Assembly (NCBI RefSeq): GCF_009914755.1
Contig: NC_060926.1
Direction: 5' to 3' (one strand)
DNA: 64,000 nucleotides
DNA from: the human T2T-CHM13v2.0 reference genome, Homo sapiens
The first letter of the stretch is position 1, and every line of letters begins with the position of its first letter. Both the position numbers and the translations under genes were made by a program. This document shows positions 41,846 through 53,930 of the stretch, piece after piece. Under the pieces are notes generated by a model. It had not been told where the DNA came from. It did no database searches and saw only the letters and a list, made by a program, of their open reading frames with translations.

Positions 41846-43202
41846 GTAAGAGGTGTCACTGAAGACTCATCTCATTCTGACTGCCATTCCCAATTCTGAT
41901 TATATTTCTGTTCTCTGAGCTGAGGGTGGATTGAGGTGGCAGTCATACCTGCCCAACTTCGTGACTCAACTGTGACTTTCACATGGATATAAAAGAGGGA
42001 GGGGCTCGGAATTCTAGGGTTATTCCAACCAGCTACATGCCAGCTACACTACTGTAAGCACTGAGACTAAATCTGATCCAGGAAACACTTACAAAGCTAC
42101 TGCTCCAGGGCCATTCCTGTGGTTTGGATCTCTCCGGATAGTAGTTTAAACTCTGGGGATGTGTGCCCAGACTTGGAAAGCCAATGAGCTTTTCTGTGAG
42201 CTTGAACTATCCATACTGATGCCTCCAGACTGATTTGAGTCTGTATTTAAACTTGGCTCAACATATAAGGGGAATCCAACAAAAATAGGCAGGTTGAAAC
42301 TTTTTTCTCATCTGTAATGCCATTAAATTTCCTTCAAATTGCTTTCCTTTTGCGTTTCTCCCAGATTTAACATTTTTAGCTAAGAAGAAGTAAGCTAGAA
42401 AGGCTGTGGGCCTCTGTGTTTGTGCCTATTTTCCACTTACCTTCCTACTCTTATGTGCCTTCCTGTTTCTCTGCCTACAGTGCTCTATCCCTCTTGGTTG
42501 TTGTTGTTGTTTTGCTTTTTCCAAGACTGCATATTAAATAAGAATTGGGTGTTGCTGTGGTTCCTGTGTTCAGCAGAGCTTCATCTGCACCCATGCTGCT
42601 TAAGCGTTATGGAATCTTTAGTTGACAAATACTTGAAAGCCACGAAAGGCATCTTAAAGGAAAGAAATTAAGTAGAAATTGTGCTTAAATATTAAGGAGA
42701 AACATATTCCTGGTCACTGAAAACTGAAACCATACCACTATCAGGAGAGTGAAATAATTCTAATGCCACCATTCTATTAGAAAATTCCGTGTAATATGTC
42801 TTAATTCTCTCGATGAACATGTCTAATCATCCATCAGAGTCAGAGTGACTGTTTTATCACTGAGTAGATTGTACAGAGTTTCTTATAATTTCCATATACA
42901 TTGATGAAAAATGGGTTGTGCATATTGGTCTTCCTCTGAAGTGTCTTTATGTGGTACAGGGAATAAAACCACCTGGATTGTATATCAAGAGTCAACACAT
43001 ATAAATGCAGATCTCTTAAAGTAAGATATTTCATACTCTTCTTAGTTTATTTTATTTGGTGGTCTGAAATTTAAATAATCTGTAAAGAATTAAGATAATG
43101 CCTTTTAGAACATGATGTTCTTACTTGGGAGGGATTCACTGTCTCTGTCTCTTCTACTTGAATATCAGGCTAGTGTGTCCTTTCTTAGATCATAGCCCAT
43201 GG

Positions 43203-43735
43203 TTCATTCACTTATTTATTAAACACATGGTTATTGGGTTCCTAATATTTAGTAGGCACTTTTCTGAATGTGGAAAATATCAGAAGAAACCACATAAATT
43301 CCTGTCCTCATGGAGCTAACATTCTAGCAGCAGGAGACAGACATTAACAAGTGAAATAATAAATGAACATTTCAGACACAAATAAATGCTGTAGGGAATA
43401 TACAATAAACATATATAATAGAGCTTGTCTGTGATGGGATAGGCTGCCTTTGGAGGCATGAGTGATGAGAAGTAGCCAGCCACAGTAGTACCCGGAGGAA
43501 AAGCTTTCAAGTGAGAGAGAGTAGCCTCAAAGCAGGAAGAAGCTTGGTATATTTGGAAAACAGAAAGACCAATGGTACTGGAGTCCAACAGACACGGTAG
43601 AGGATACTGGGACACTTAAGTCAGAACAGAAGGCAGGTACCAGGCCACATTGGTCCTTTTGACCCTGATAAGGAGTTTGTCTTTTATTTAACTTGCACTG
43701 CACTGTAATTTTTCAGGTTGTTAAAAGCAGAATTT
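43203..43735 (-). mobile_element. L2 3' end, antisense
   Basis: TTCATTCACTTATTTATTAAAC...TAGGCACT...CCTGTCCTCATGGAGCTAACATTCTAG...GGAGACAGAC. Confidence 0.75.
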
Positions 43736-44720
43736 TTTTAGAATCTCATAAAAGCTTTCAAAGATTAATTATATCTTCTAAATCCCTCTAGATATATCTG
43801 TATCTTATTTGCTAATGTGTTAAATCACAAGAGAGAAATAATTTAGAAAATCAGAAATCAATGGTGGAAACAAGAGTAGACTTTTGGTAAGCTGTTCTTA
43901 TCTAATGCTGTAACGTAACTCAAACTGTGTCATTTTTTTTTGGCTGTTGGTGAGTTACATGCATAATTAATTTTAATCACTTGTAGTCTCTTTGTACCCC
44001 AAACCAAGCTTTTCAAAACAATCTAAACAGAAAAGTACAAATTCATGTTTGAGGGAAGTAGTCAAAAAAAAAATTCCATTCTCAATATGAATGGGTCCTT
44101 TGGCTATTTCCCCACAGCAGATTTAGTTGTAAACAAGGTCAGGTGCCAAACAACAATCAACATTAAATAACAGTGTAACACACATTTTGCTTCTTAGAGA
44201 CAATGGTCTAAATCTCCTGACAATTTGGTAAATGAGCGGATCCAGTTTCATGATAATCTTGAATCATGTATGAGATTAATAAGCAGTGTACCTCTTTATG
44301 CATATATTGCTTATACTAAAATATTTAATGCACTTTTCAGATATTTATGGACTTAGTGTAATGCTCTGTTGAGTTTAGCTTTAAATACACTTTGCAGACA
44401 TTTGATTTATTGTACTTTCGGCATGGTTCAGAGCTGTTTACTTTTTTCCTAAGCATGCCCTCAATAAACAAAATTATTTTTTTTTTATTTTGTCATATTA
44501 TGATAGTTACTGGACATTTCCAAAATATCACATAATTTAGGAGAAATTAATATTTTTATTTTATAATGGGGTATTTAATTATTGTTGATTTTTGTTTAAG
44601 CCTCTTTCCTTGACTTCTGTTTTATTTTTAGGATTATTTTTATTATGTAAATTACTTTAATGTGGAACCATTTGATATAAGGATCTTCCAGACTTGCAGT
44701 TACTGAAATGTTAAAAATAT

Positions 44721-44978
44721 GGGACAAGCATGGTTACTCATGCCTATAATCCTAGCATTTTGGGAGTCTGAGGCAAGAGTTCAAGACCAGCCTAAGCAAC
44801 ATAGACCCCAAATCTACAAAATAATTTTTTTTTTAATTAGCCAGGTGTGATAGTGCATGTCTGTAGTCCTAGCTATTCAGGAGACTGAAGTGAAAGGATT
44901 GCTTGAACCATAGAGTTTAAGGCTACAGTGAGCTATGATTGTGCCACTGTACTCCAGCCTGCATGACAGAGCCAGATC

Positions 44979-44980
<2 letters not shown>
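44721..44980 (+). mobile_element. AluJ with small left-arm deletion
   Basis: CATGCCTATAATCCTAGCATTTTGGGAG, GAGGCAAGAGTTCAAGACCAGCC, AGGCTACAGTGAGCTATGATTGTGCCACTGTACTCCAGCC. Confidence 0.88.
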
Positions 44981-45016
<36 letters not shown>

Positions 45017-45114
45017 TATATATATATGTTATATATATGTTATATATATATGTTATATATATATGTTATATATATGTTATATATATATGTTATATATATA
45101 TGTTTTATATATAT
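44979..45114. repeat. Compound microsatellite (CT)n(TA)n then (GTTATATATAT)-type units
   Basis: Direct reading; occupies the Alu tail position. Confidence 0.92.
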
Positions 45115-45319
45115 AAAGCAAATCAACAAATAATTCAAATATATTTTAAATTCTGAATAGTATTCTTGGAATTATATCCAAAATATGGGCTTTTTAATAT
45201 TGAGATATTACTAAGCACCAAATATAAATTAAAATGTATTTCAAAGGATTAATGAAAGAGCTTTAAAAAGAATCAGAAAAGTAATTAATTTCTTCTATAT
45301 AGACAACCCTGCTTGTGCT

Positions 45320-45840
45320 ATAGAATATCAAATATACAGCATATTGTTCTCCTCTAGTTGACAGTCACTAGAGATATAAGACATAAAACTAGTATTAAAA
45401 ATAATATAATTTACAACAATATTAATGGTAAAAAAAAAAAGTATGTCTTATAAGTGCCAGCAAATTCAGAGGAGGGAGTGTCATTGCCATGTGCAGAAGT
45501 GAAACACATTATGTCAGAAGTGGCATGAGTGTGTGTAGGTTTGGAAAAGCACCTAGATAGGACAATAGCAATATCAAAGGCACTGAGGACAATAGCAATA
45601 GCAAAGGCACTGAGGTGACAGTGAGCAAAGCAAACCAGATTGCATGTAATAGAGGGTTCCTTTTGGAGAACAGTTGCCTGTGTGGGTGGTGCTGGATTTG
45701 TAGATGTCCTTAGTAAGAGATTTGGTTTCATTGTAAGGCCACTGGCATCAGTGAAGGATTTTTGACCTGGGAAATGGCATGAGGAATGTGATATATTCAG
45801 ATTAGCAAGAAAAATTTGGGGAAAGATAGTGGCCTGCCTA
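45320..45840 (-). mobile_element. L2 fragment, antisense
   Basis: GCAAAGGCACTGAGG, GATTTGGTTTCATTGTAAGGCCACTGG...TGAAGGATTTT, GATATATTCAGATT. Confidence 0.5.
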
Positions 45841-46076
45841 GAATTTCTACATATGGTGTAGCATAGAGACATCAAACTATTTAGAGTGGGAAACTAAGGG
45901 ACTTCTTTGGAAATTTTGGTTACAGACATTTTCACATACAATTAAGAAAATATCAACACTAAAGAATGGGATTGTGTGATGCTGGTGGAGATGGGTGAGA
46001 GTTAGAAGCCATGCAGAAATGTAGTCAGTCAGTGAATAATATAGGCTTCTATTCGGGTTATGTCACGTGCATGCCA

Positions 46077-46200
46077 AATATATATATTATATATATAATA
46101 TATACTATATATACTGTATATATTATATATAATATATACAGTATATATTATATATAATATATACTGTATATATTATATATATAAAATATATATATATGTA
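46077..46200. repeat. (TA)-rich palindromic repeat
   Basis: TATATATTATATATAATATATA units alternately punctuated by CTG and CAG. Confidence 0.92.
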
Positions 46201-46462
46201 CTGGCCTTGGAAAATAAAGCAAAAGAACAAAGATTAATTTCTATTTAATTCCTTCTAATTTCTAGGTCTTAATGGAAATGGACTTCATGACTTCACAGAT
46301 TAAGTTAGTAAACAGTTTTTGAAAATCAGTTATATGTGTGTATATGTATGTTAACAAATTGTCTTTCAGAAGATTACAAACACATTCTTGTTAGATATTT
46401 ATTTCTAATTTTAAAGGTTTGCATTAAGACGTATTAATATTTTTATAGTTAATGTACTGTGG

Positions 46463-46678
46463 TAGGGATTGGCAAGCTATTTTATCAAAGGGCCAGACAG
46501 AAAATTTTTAGGCTTTGTGGGCCACGCGTAGTCTCTATTACAATTACTCAGCTCTGCTGTTGTAGCAAGAAAGCAGCCACAAACAATAAGCAGTTCTTAT
46601 CATGTTCCAATAAAATTTTATTACTAAAAACAAGTGACAGTCCCATTTGACCTTCAGACTGTATTTTGTCAACCCCTG
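46463..46678 (+). mobile_element. MER58A-like hAT-Charlie DNA transposon
   Basis: TAGGGATTGGCAAGC...AAAGGGCCAGA...TTTTAGGCTTTGTGGGCCA...ACTCAGCTCTGC...GTTCCAATAAAA...TTTGTCAACCCCTG. Confidence 0.85.
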
Positions 46679-49600
46679 GCATATGTTGTCATGGTTGAAC
46701 ATGAATCCAGAAAATGGCTTTGAAATTATAAAAACCATACTGTTAAAAGATAACAAATACATGAAGACTATGTGAAGACAATAGTTAATATATTTCCCTT
46801 TATGAAGTCCCATGGATGGAATCTTTAGATTTCTCTCAAGTCAGAGCATGTTAGATACTGGAGACTCTTTCCTAAGCCACTAGCTTGGTTTTGGAATCAG
46901 TGTTTGTGACGTTGATTTTGTCTCCATTTTTTTCTTGGCTTCTAGTAATCTCAGAATAAAATCGTGTCCCCCTTCAAGTAACTGTGTAGAATCTTTAGTA
47001 GACATTTCATACACTAACATTTTCATGCATCGTTTTCTTATGATTTCTCTTTATCCTAATTTTATTGAATCTTTTTATTAAAAGGTAAAATGTAAATCAA
47101 ACTACATTCTGTATTTTCATCAGAGATCTACTTTTAATGAAAGTCTGTGACCAGAACAGTATTCACTTTTCAGAAGGAAAAGATGGCATGGCCTTTCAAT
47201 CATATTGTACTATCAAATTAGGACAGATTGCATTGTTCTTGTTCAGTTTTCACAACTGAAATCATTTTCTCAAAAATAAATTATAATGTGTGTGTGAATA
47301 TGCTGTTGGAGGACATTTGTTAAATCTGTTACCCTTGCACTTAAAAAAAATGGGGTGGATTTGTTGCTTCTGAACCTTTCACTGTTCGTTATCACAAATG
47401 TCTTTTAAACAGTTTTTCAACCCTCTCAACTTTAGTGGTCCTGGTAGGAAGATGCTAAGACCCAGGTATTTTGTCTTATAAGTGCATGGTCATGAAAATA
47501 TTCTGAGAATTAGAATTTAGATATGTAAGCACTATTCTGTCTCTCTCCAGAATGCCACATGAGGTTTTCTCATTCAAACTGAAATCTGGGACTTACAGTA
47601 TAACTGTGAATTTTGATTTTTGTTTTGTTTTACATATTCTCATGTGAAATTGTACTGTTGCCTTCTAATTTCGATAATAGGTAGATATTGTGGATACATT
47701 GGAATTAGAATTAAATAATTGGCCTAATTTTAACTGTCCTATTAAATCAATAGTGAGATTGTTTGACTCTTCCAGAAATGACACGATGGACAAGAGAGCC
47801 CCCCATGTGACCATTAGCCTGAAAACAAAAACTTACTAATTAGCTGTGACTTGATAATGATTCTTAGACATAATCAATGGGAGTGTCAAGGGAAATGGCA
47901 ATATTCTTCTTTAAAAATTAAGAAAAATAGAAGAATACTGTACAAAAATACATAAGTTAGAAAGTTCTTGGTTGTCAGATAGTTAGTGGTTTGTTCCCCC
48001 TTATCAGGACTTGTATTTGAGATAAGTCGTTCCCCTGTAATCATCTTGCATTGTTTAGAGTCACAGAGAATTAGAAATGTAACAAGTTGCATTTCAACCA
48101 GATGTGGAACATAGACAACACCTTGAGTGATGAGCCATAGGTATAGTCAGAACCAGATTTCAACAAATATTATTGCCTAGGTGCAATTGCAAGGAAAGTA
48201 CAATAGGCATGACACTGTACTATTGTTATGGTAGTGAAATATATAAAGTATCTCGAATATTAGCAAGAGGTTACATTAAGCTAAGTTAGTCAAAATGAAA
48301 AGATGGTGTTGTACTTTGCTAAAGTGAGTTCAATTTTATTTTCCCATGGCAAAGAAAAAAATTCGTATTTTATTATACATATCAGATACTTATGGAAACA
48401 GTCTGTAGATAAGGATGTGGATGTAAATGGAGTATGAATATTTAACCTTGAGAATATTATTTTCATTATTTTAAAATAATTATTTCAGTAAATTGCTTAG
48501 GGTTCCTGTATTATGCAGGGTTATTTTTTGCATTACAAAATATTTCAAAAACATGAGAGCAGCCACTGGAAACTTTGTGATGAATTAAGTATTCATGACT
48601 TTGTATCTTGTGATTAAAACATAGTTTATTGTGTAAATAACTCCACCGATTTTATTCAGCATCCTTTTTCTGGGAATATAATTAGGAAAAGACATTGAAC
48701 AATTGCAGTTGCCTTTCTCAAAATATTATGCACCTTCTTAAACCTGGAGAGAAGATTCTATATGTTTATGGAGAATCTCCTCTCACCATTGAGCTGAGGA
48801 GCCCTGGTTTAGGCCGAGGCACATCTGGAAAATGCTTCTCCTTAGAAAAGTACTATTGGCTTAAACAGAGTGGCACCACTTATTCATGCCATTTCTGGAC
48901 TCATGTCAGCATCCTCAGGATGGAATGAAAAGTAACCTTACGATGACACGGCTCTCTGGTGGTCAGATTTGCTGTTACATATCATCTTCATAAAATCTAG
49001 GTATACATATATTCAAAACACAGACAATATTTCAAATTTTTGGATAACTACATTATATTATTATTTATAATATAATCTAATAATAGAATAAAATAGACCT
49101 CCTGTTGGAAAAATCCATACCAACTCTAATAAAAATTTCATTTTGCTCTTAAAAATAACATACTGATTTTTATTCGGTTGCCATTTAACTGCATAAAAAT
49201 TTTTAAGTTAGACATTTGAAGTTATACATGAACAGTGTAATGCCTCCTCATTGATGGTATATAAATAAAGTTTCTTCTCTAATTCCGAGGTTGGAGAGAA
49301 TAAAATGGAGAACAAAGAGGGGTATCATATGGTGATTGCTTTGTATAACTCCAGTTTGACTGAGTGCTGTTATTTCTGTGTACCCACATTGCTGCTCTGT
49401 TTTGTCATTTATAAGATTATACATTTGATTACCTAATTCCATGACTACATGTGATTGCTAAGGTCCACATTTATTAATACCTATACTTCTTTGAACAAGA
49501 TGCCTAATATGTATGTGTGTATAAATGTGTACATATATATAATTTACAAAGGACAACTTTGCATAGACTCATAAAGGAAGTACTGAAAAAAAATCTAAGT

Positions 49601-50924
49601 TGAAACTGAACTATGACTTTCTTGGCCCTTGTTTCAGTATTTTTAAGGTGAGGATAATTACCAAAGATCTCTTGAGTTTTTTGTTTTGTTTTATTTTTGC
49701 TTCACATCTAGGAATCTGGAAGTCAAATTAAAGCTATCTTTTAGAGCAAAGACTTATTGTTTCTCAGGAAGTGAGAGAGAGTGAACAAAATATATGCCAC
49801 AATTGTAGCTCCATAGAAAAAGGCAATGTCAACAGTTTTACCCTACATAAGAGATGCATATCACTTATTGGTCACATTAGCCATTTGAGAACCGTTAGAA
49901 AGTAAGCAACTGTCACCCTTTATAAAATTGTATAAAGTTTATACAATTTTAAGTCGATGTTATGTTATCCCAGTGCTTGGTACTGGGATATACAACATGA
50001 ATAGATATAGACAAAGCACTGAATTTATCTGGAGGAGAATGTAAATAAAATAACATCTTACTGACCCCTATTTATTTTATGGTTTTATTGTCCACACAAT
50101 AACTTTAAAAAATCATGATAAGTTACAAACTGTTCTATTACACTGTGTTTAGATTTATCACTCTATATCATTTTATAGGCCACATAATTTTTATGGAATA
50201 GTTCACTTTTTAAATATTTATCCTTGAAACATTCACTAATTTCAGTTTTGAAGTTGTGAACAAGACACCATAGTCACTACATAATTTTTGTTTCCTTGTT
50301 TGTACAGTATTTGCAATATTTCATTCTCTTATTCACCATGATATCCCAGTTGTGTCTATGAAGGGAATGGTCAATAAGTATTTTTGAGTAAATCAATGAA
50401 TAGTTTTAGAGACACAAGCTTAGAATCCCAAAAGGTTTAACAAAACTTATTTCATCCTATACCAAAAAGGAAATGGTGAGTACTTTTGGAGAAAACAAGA
50501 TTTGAAAGAATCAACACTATCTGTTTCTCTTAAAAAGAAAAAGAAACCTCATTCATTTGTCTAAAATATCCAATTTTTATCTTTGACACAGAAATTCTTA
50601 TAACACCGCCCTCTTATTGAGTCCTTGAGAAAGTCATTTGACCCTCTGGGCCTTAGTTTTCTAATAAAATAAGGGGATAAATTTGTCTCCAAGACTGCTT
50701 GTTTTATGGTTAATTGGAAGAGCATTGCATTAATTCACACTTTTACACAAATCAGTCATCTTAGCTACCTGTTTGCTCAAAAAAGACTGCAATAGTTGGA
50801 ATGCTGGACAGGTAAGTTTTTTTTGTTTGTTTTAATTAGGGAAATCTGAATGTCATAAAGGAAGGTTGGAATTATAAGGCACCTTTCAGAGGAAACAAAT
50901 CTATCCACAGTGAACACTTACTTT

Positions 50925-51045
50925 ATATTCAGCAAGTGTTTATTAAGAACCAGTTATGAGTTTCCTACTGTGATGAGCCATGTTAGCAGTACAAAGTAAA
51001 AGACAATCCCACATCCTTGCCCTCCTGAAGCCTGTTACCCAGTTG
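50925..51045 (-). mobile_element. L2 3'-end fragment
   Basis: ATTCAGCAAGTGTTTATTAAGAACC...TCCTTGCCCTCCTGAAGC. Confidence 0.5.
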
Positions 51046-52709
51046 AAGTCAGCCACCTCACATCCTTTTGGCAACTAAACAGACTATAAATAAGTGCTTA
51101 TCATATCACTAATTTACATTTTTAAAAGTCTTTGGGGGAGGAAACATACATGTGATACACTTAAATAAGAGCCCAGTCATAATTATAGTTGTGTGCTAAA
51201 ATCATCATTTATGGTCATGTATAAAAATGATGATTCTAATGCATAACCATGTAAATAATGATACAAGTAATCAGAGCTGTTGGAAAGATGAGACTGAGAC
51301 AAAGTTTTGGGAAAAGACAGATACAACTTTACATTCTTTGTAGATTATATTCACCCTTCCTGTATCTGGTGTGGATTTTTAAAAGAATAAAAAATCTTCT
51401 TGAAAAAAATAATTTGCAATAGAAAGGCAACAAGGTTGTTTTTCTTCACTAATGTACATAATACCACGTTTTATTTCTTTGGGCAGTTAAGTCTTAATTC
51501 ATCAGGCGTATGGATAAAACATTACTCATAAATCCTTTAAATTTTTTGTTATATACAGATGATCTACCAATGTCTATTTAAATTCTCTGAGAATGTCTTC
51601 CACTTCAAATGTAAATCCTTTGGAGGACATGATGCTTTGGAAAAGAAGGGAAAAAGGAGGTATCCCCAAAGGATTTATTGTACTGCTTTTCGAAGTGGAG
51701 GCCAGCTGTTTTTGGACCTAGAATTAAAATGTAAATTATCAAAGGGAAATAATGAGAGCCATTCCTTTTAAACAATGCCCAGTGCAATCAGAGTAAGAAA
51801 AGGATTTAGGGAGATTTCCTTCTATGCACAAGTCACGAATGATGAAGTGAAAGGCTGGGAGGGAAGTGATTTGCAAGGAACTAAGTGAACACAACCCACT
51901 GATTGTCTAGGACACTTAGAAGTTGAATTAATCGAGGAACAGGCCTTCAGTTCTGCTGGGCCTGAATCCAAATCACAAGATAACTGTGCATGGAACTTAG
52001 GAAGTTACTACATTAGTACTATAGCAGGACTGTAAATGGAACTACAGTGCCGGCATGAGTTGCATTTCAATTCATGTGGTTTTTGAATCAAAACAGAGGT
52101 CTTTTAGCACAATGTAGTCAGTCAGTGCCACATGGGAACAAAACAGAAAGATTATACATGTTTCCTCAGGATTGTCTATATTAATTATTGGACAAACACC
52201 CATAAAAGCTTTTAAATTTGAGGATTTTCACAAATAAATTAGTTTTTATTATGTTTTTCTACAAATGTAAGTGCTTCAGAAAGGCCCAGATGTTCTAACC
52301 AGGGCTACATACATAGAGTATACTCATTTAACTATTTCTATTAAGTCCTAATATTTAATGTCAATCAGATGTCCTAGTATGTGATGAGGAAATAAAATGT
52401 TGATGAGGAAAGGAAAAAGTGTAGATATATTGATTTGTAATTGGTTTTTACACAAGTAAACCACTAAGTTGAGGGAGCAAAAGAACTTTAACCTCAAAAA
52501 ATTGGGGGGTCTAGGGGCCCCCAAGACATTGATCAATGATTTTGCCTTTTTGTATGGGTTGGTGAACAATTTCTGTAGTGTCCAAATGACTAAAGATCAG
52601 ATTGCAGTTAATGATTGAAATAGTAAGAGATTTTATTAGCAAGTAAATGTTTAATTATCAGCTTAAATTTTGGCATTATCTCCTCATCCTCTACCTCCAG
52701 TATTTTATT

Positions 52710-53560
52710 AAGGTCCCTGACTCTTCTTTCTGTTTACACTTTCACTGGATGATCTTTTCCATTGTCCGATATTTAACAACCATTTGTATTCTGACTACTT
52801 CCTAATCTGTATCTCCAGTTTGGGAATCTTCCCTGAGAGTCAGGCTCATATATCCAACTGCCTGCGAGGTGGCTTCACTGGTGTTCTGCAGGCACTTGAA
52901 ACTCAACATGTTCATAATGAAACTTATTTCAATATCCACCCTTACATTCCTCTTAGAGTCCCCATTTTAGGTCATGGAACTATTCCAAGTCAGAAATGAA
53001 AAAGTCATCCTAGACTCCTAAATATATATTTCTTTCAAATTTTTCTCCTTTTCATCTCTACTGTCACTGAATTTGTTTTTCACCTTTCGTCTGAAATATA
53101 GCATTTGATTTCCTTGCCTCCAAACTTTTCCCATTAAATTCGCTATTTATATGAGCCAGAGTGATTGATCTTTCTTATCTGCATATTTAACCAAATCACT
53201 CCTCTGTTTAAAATCCTTCCTCCAGTATTAATATAGCATATAAAACCATGCAAATCTGGAAGCATGCTATCTCTTCAATCTTATTTTCAGCCACTCCCTT
53301 CCTGTATTTTTGGCCTCAGAAATACCAATCTACTATAGTCTCCACACATTACTTGCTCTGTTCTTCCCATTATAGGTTTTTTTTTTTCTCCTTGGCTAGC
53401 TGCTTTTAATCTTTCAAAACCAGCTCAGTTTTTGTATTTCTATCCCACTGTCTATTTATACTTCTTGCAGGAAGTAACCATCATATTCATTTTTGTAAAT
53501 CCAGTTTCTAGCAGAGTGCCTGGCATATACTATGTACTGAATAATTATTTGTTTAACCAA
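52710..53560 (+). mobile_element. L2 LINE fragment
   Basis: CATATATCCAACTGCCT, GGCACTTGAAACTCAACATGT, AGTCATCCTAGACTCC, end TCTAGCAGAGTGCCTGGCATATA. Confidence 0.75.
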
Positions 53561-53789
53561 ACAACAATGCAGGTTCACCGTTCTGTTTAGCTTTTGCTAG
53601 TGATTATTTGATTAAATTGGTGCTTGTCTACTGCACTGTTTCCCTCTACAGAGCTAACATTAGTCAAATGCTTTAGTATAACAAATATTTTTATCATACT
53701 TCTTGATGTATGCTACCAGTCTCTTCAACACCCACTCCCAAAGAACACTTGTTCCATTATTACACCCTATCCTGGATAAACTAAAGACT

Positions 53790-53930
53790 CAACCTCAGTT
53801 TCTTCACTTCGGCCATGGGGATAGTTTATTTCCCAAAGTTTTGTGAGAGTTAACTGATGGAGAGCTTATGTGAACATGGAAGCATGGTGTCAGGCACACA
53901 TCATTGGAGTTGAGTAAATATTCAGTGAAT
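53790..53930 (+). mobile_element. MIR fragment
   Basis: CCTCAGTTTCTTCAC...ATGGGGATA...TTGTGAGAGTTAA...AGCATGGTGTCAGGCACA. Confidence 0.55.

Noticed and set aside
41945-42296. Possible DNA-transposon ends (CATACCTGCCCAAC ... ATAGGCAGGTTG)
   Set aside because: Inverted match too short, no TSD, family not recognised.
44935-45156. YI-rich ORFs
   Set aside because: Translation of the TA microsatellite.
51559-51771. 70-aa ATG ORF right after an acceptor-like TATACAG
   Set aside because: No protein resemblance, no strong donor, and not the MAP2 N-terminus as I recall it (MADERK...).
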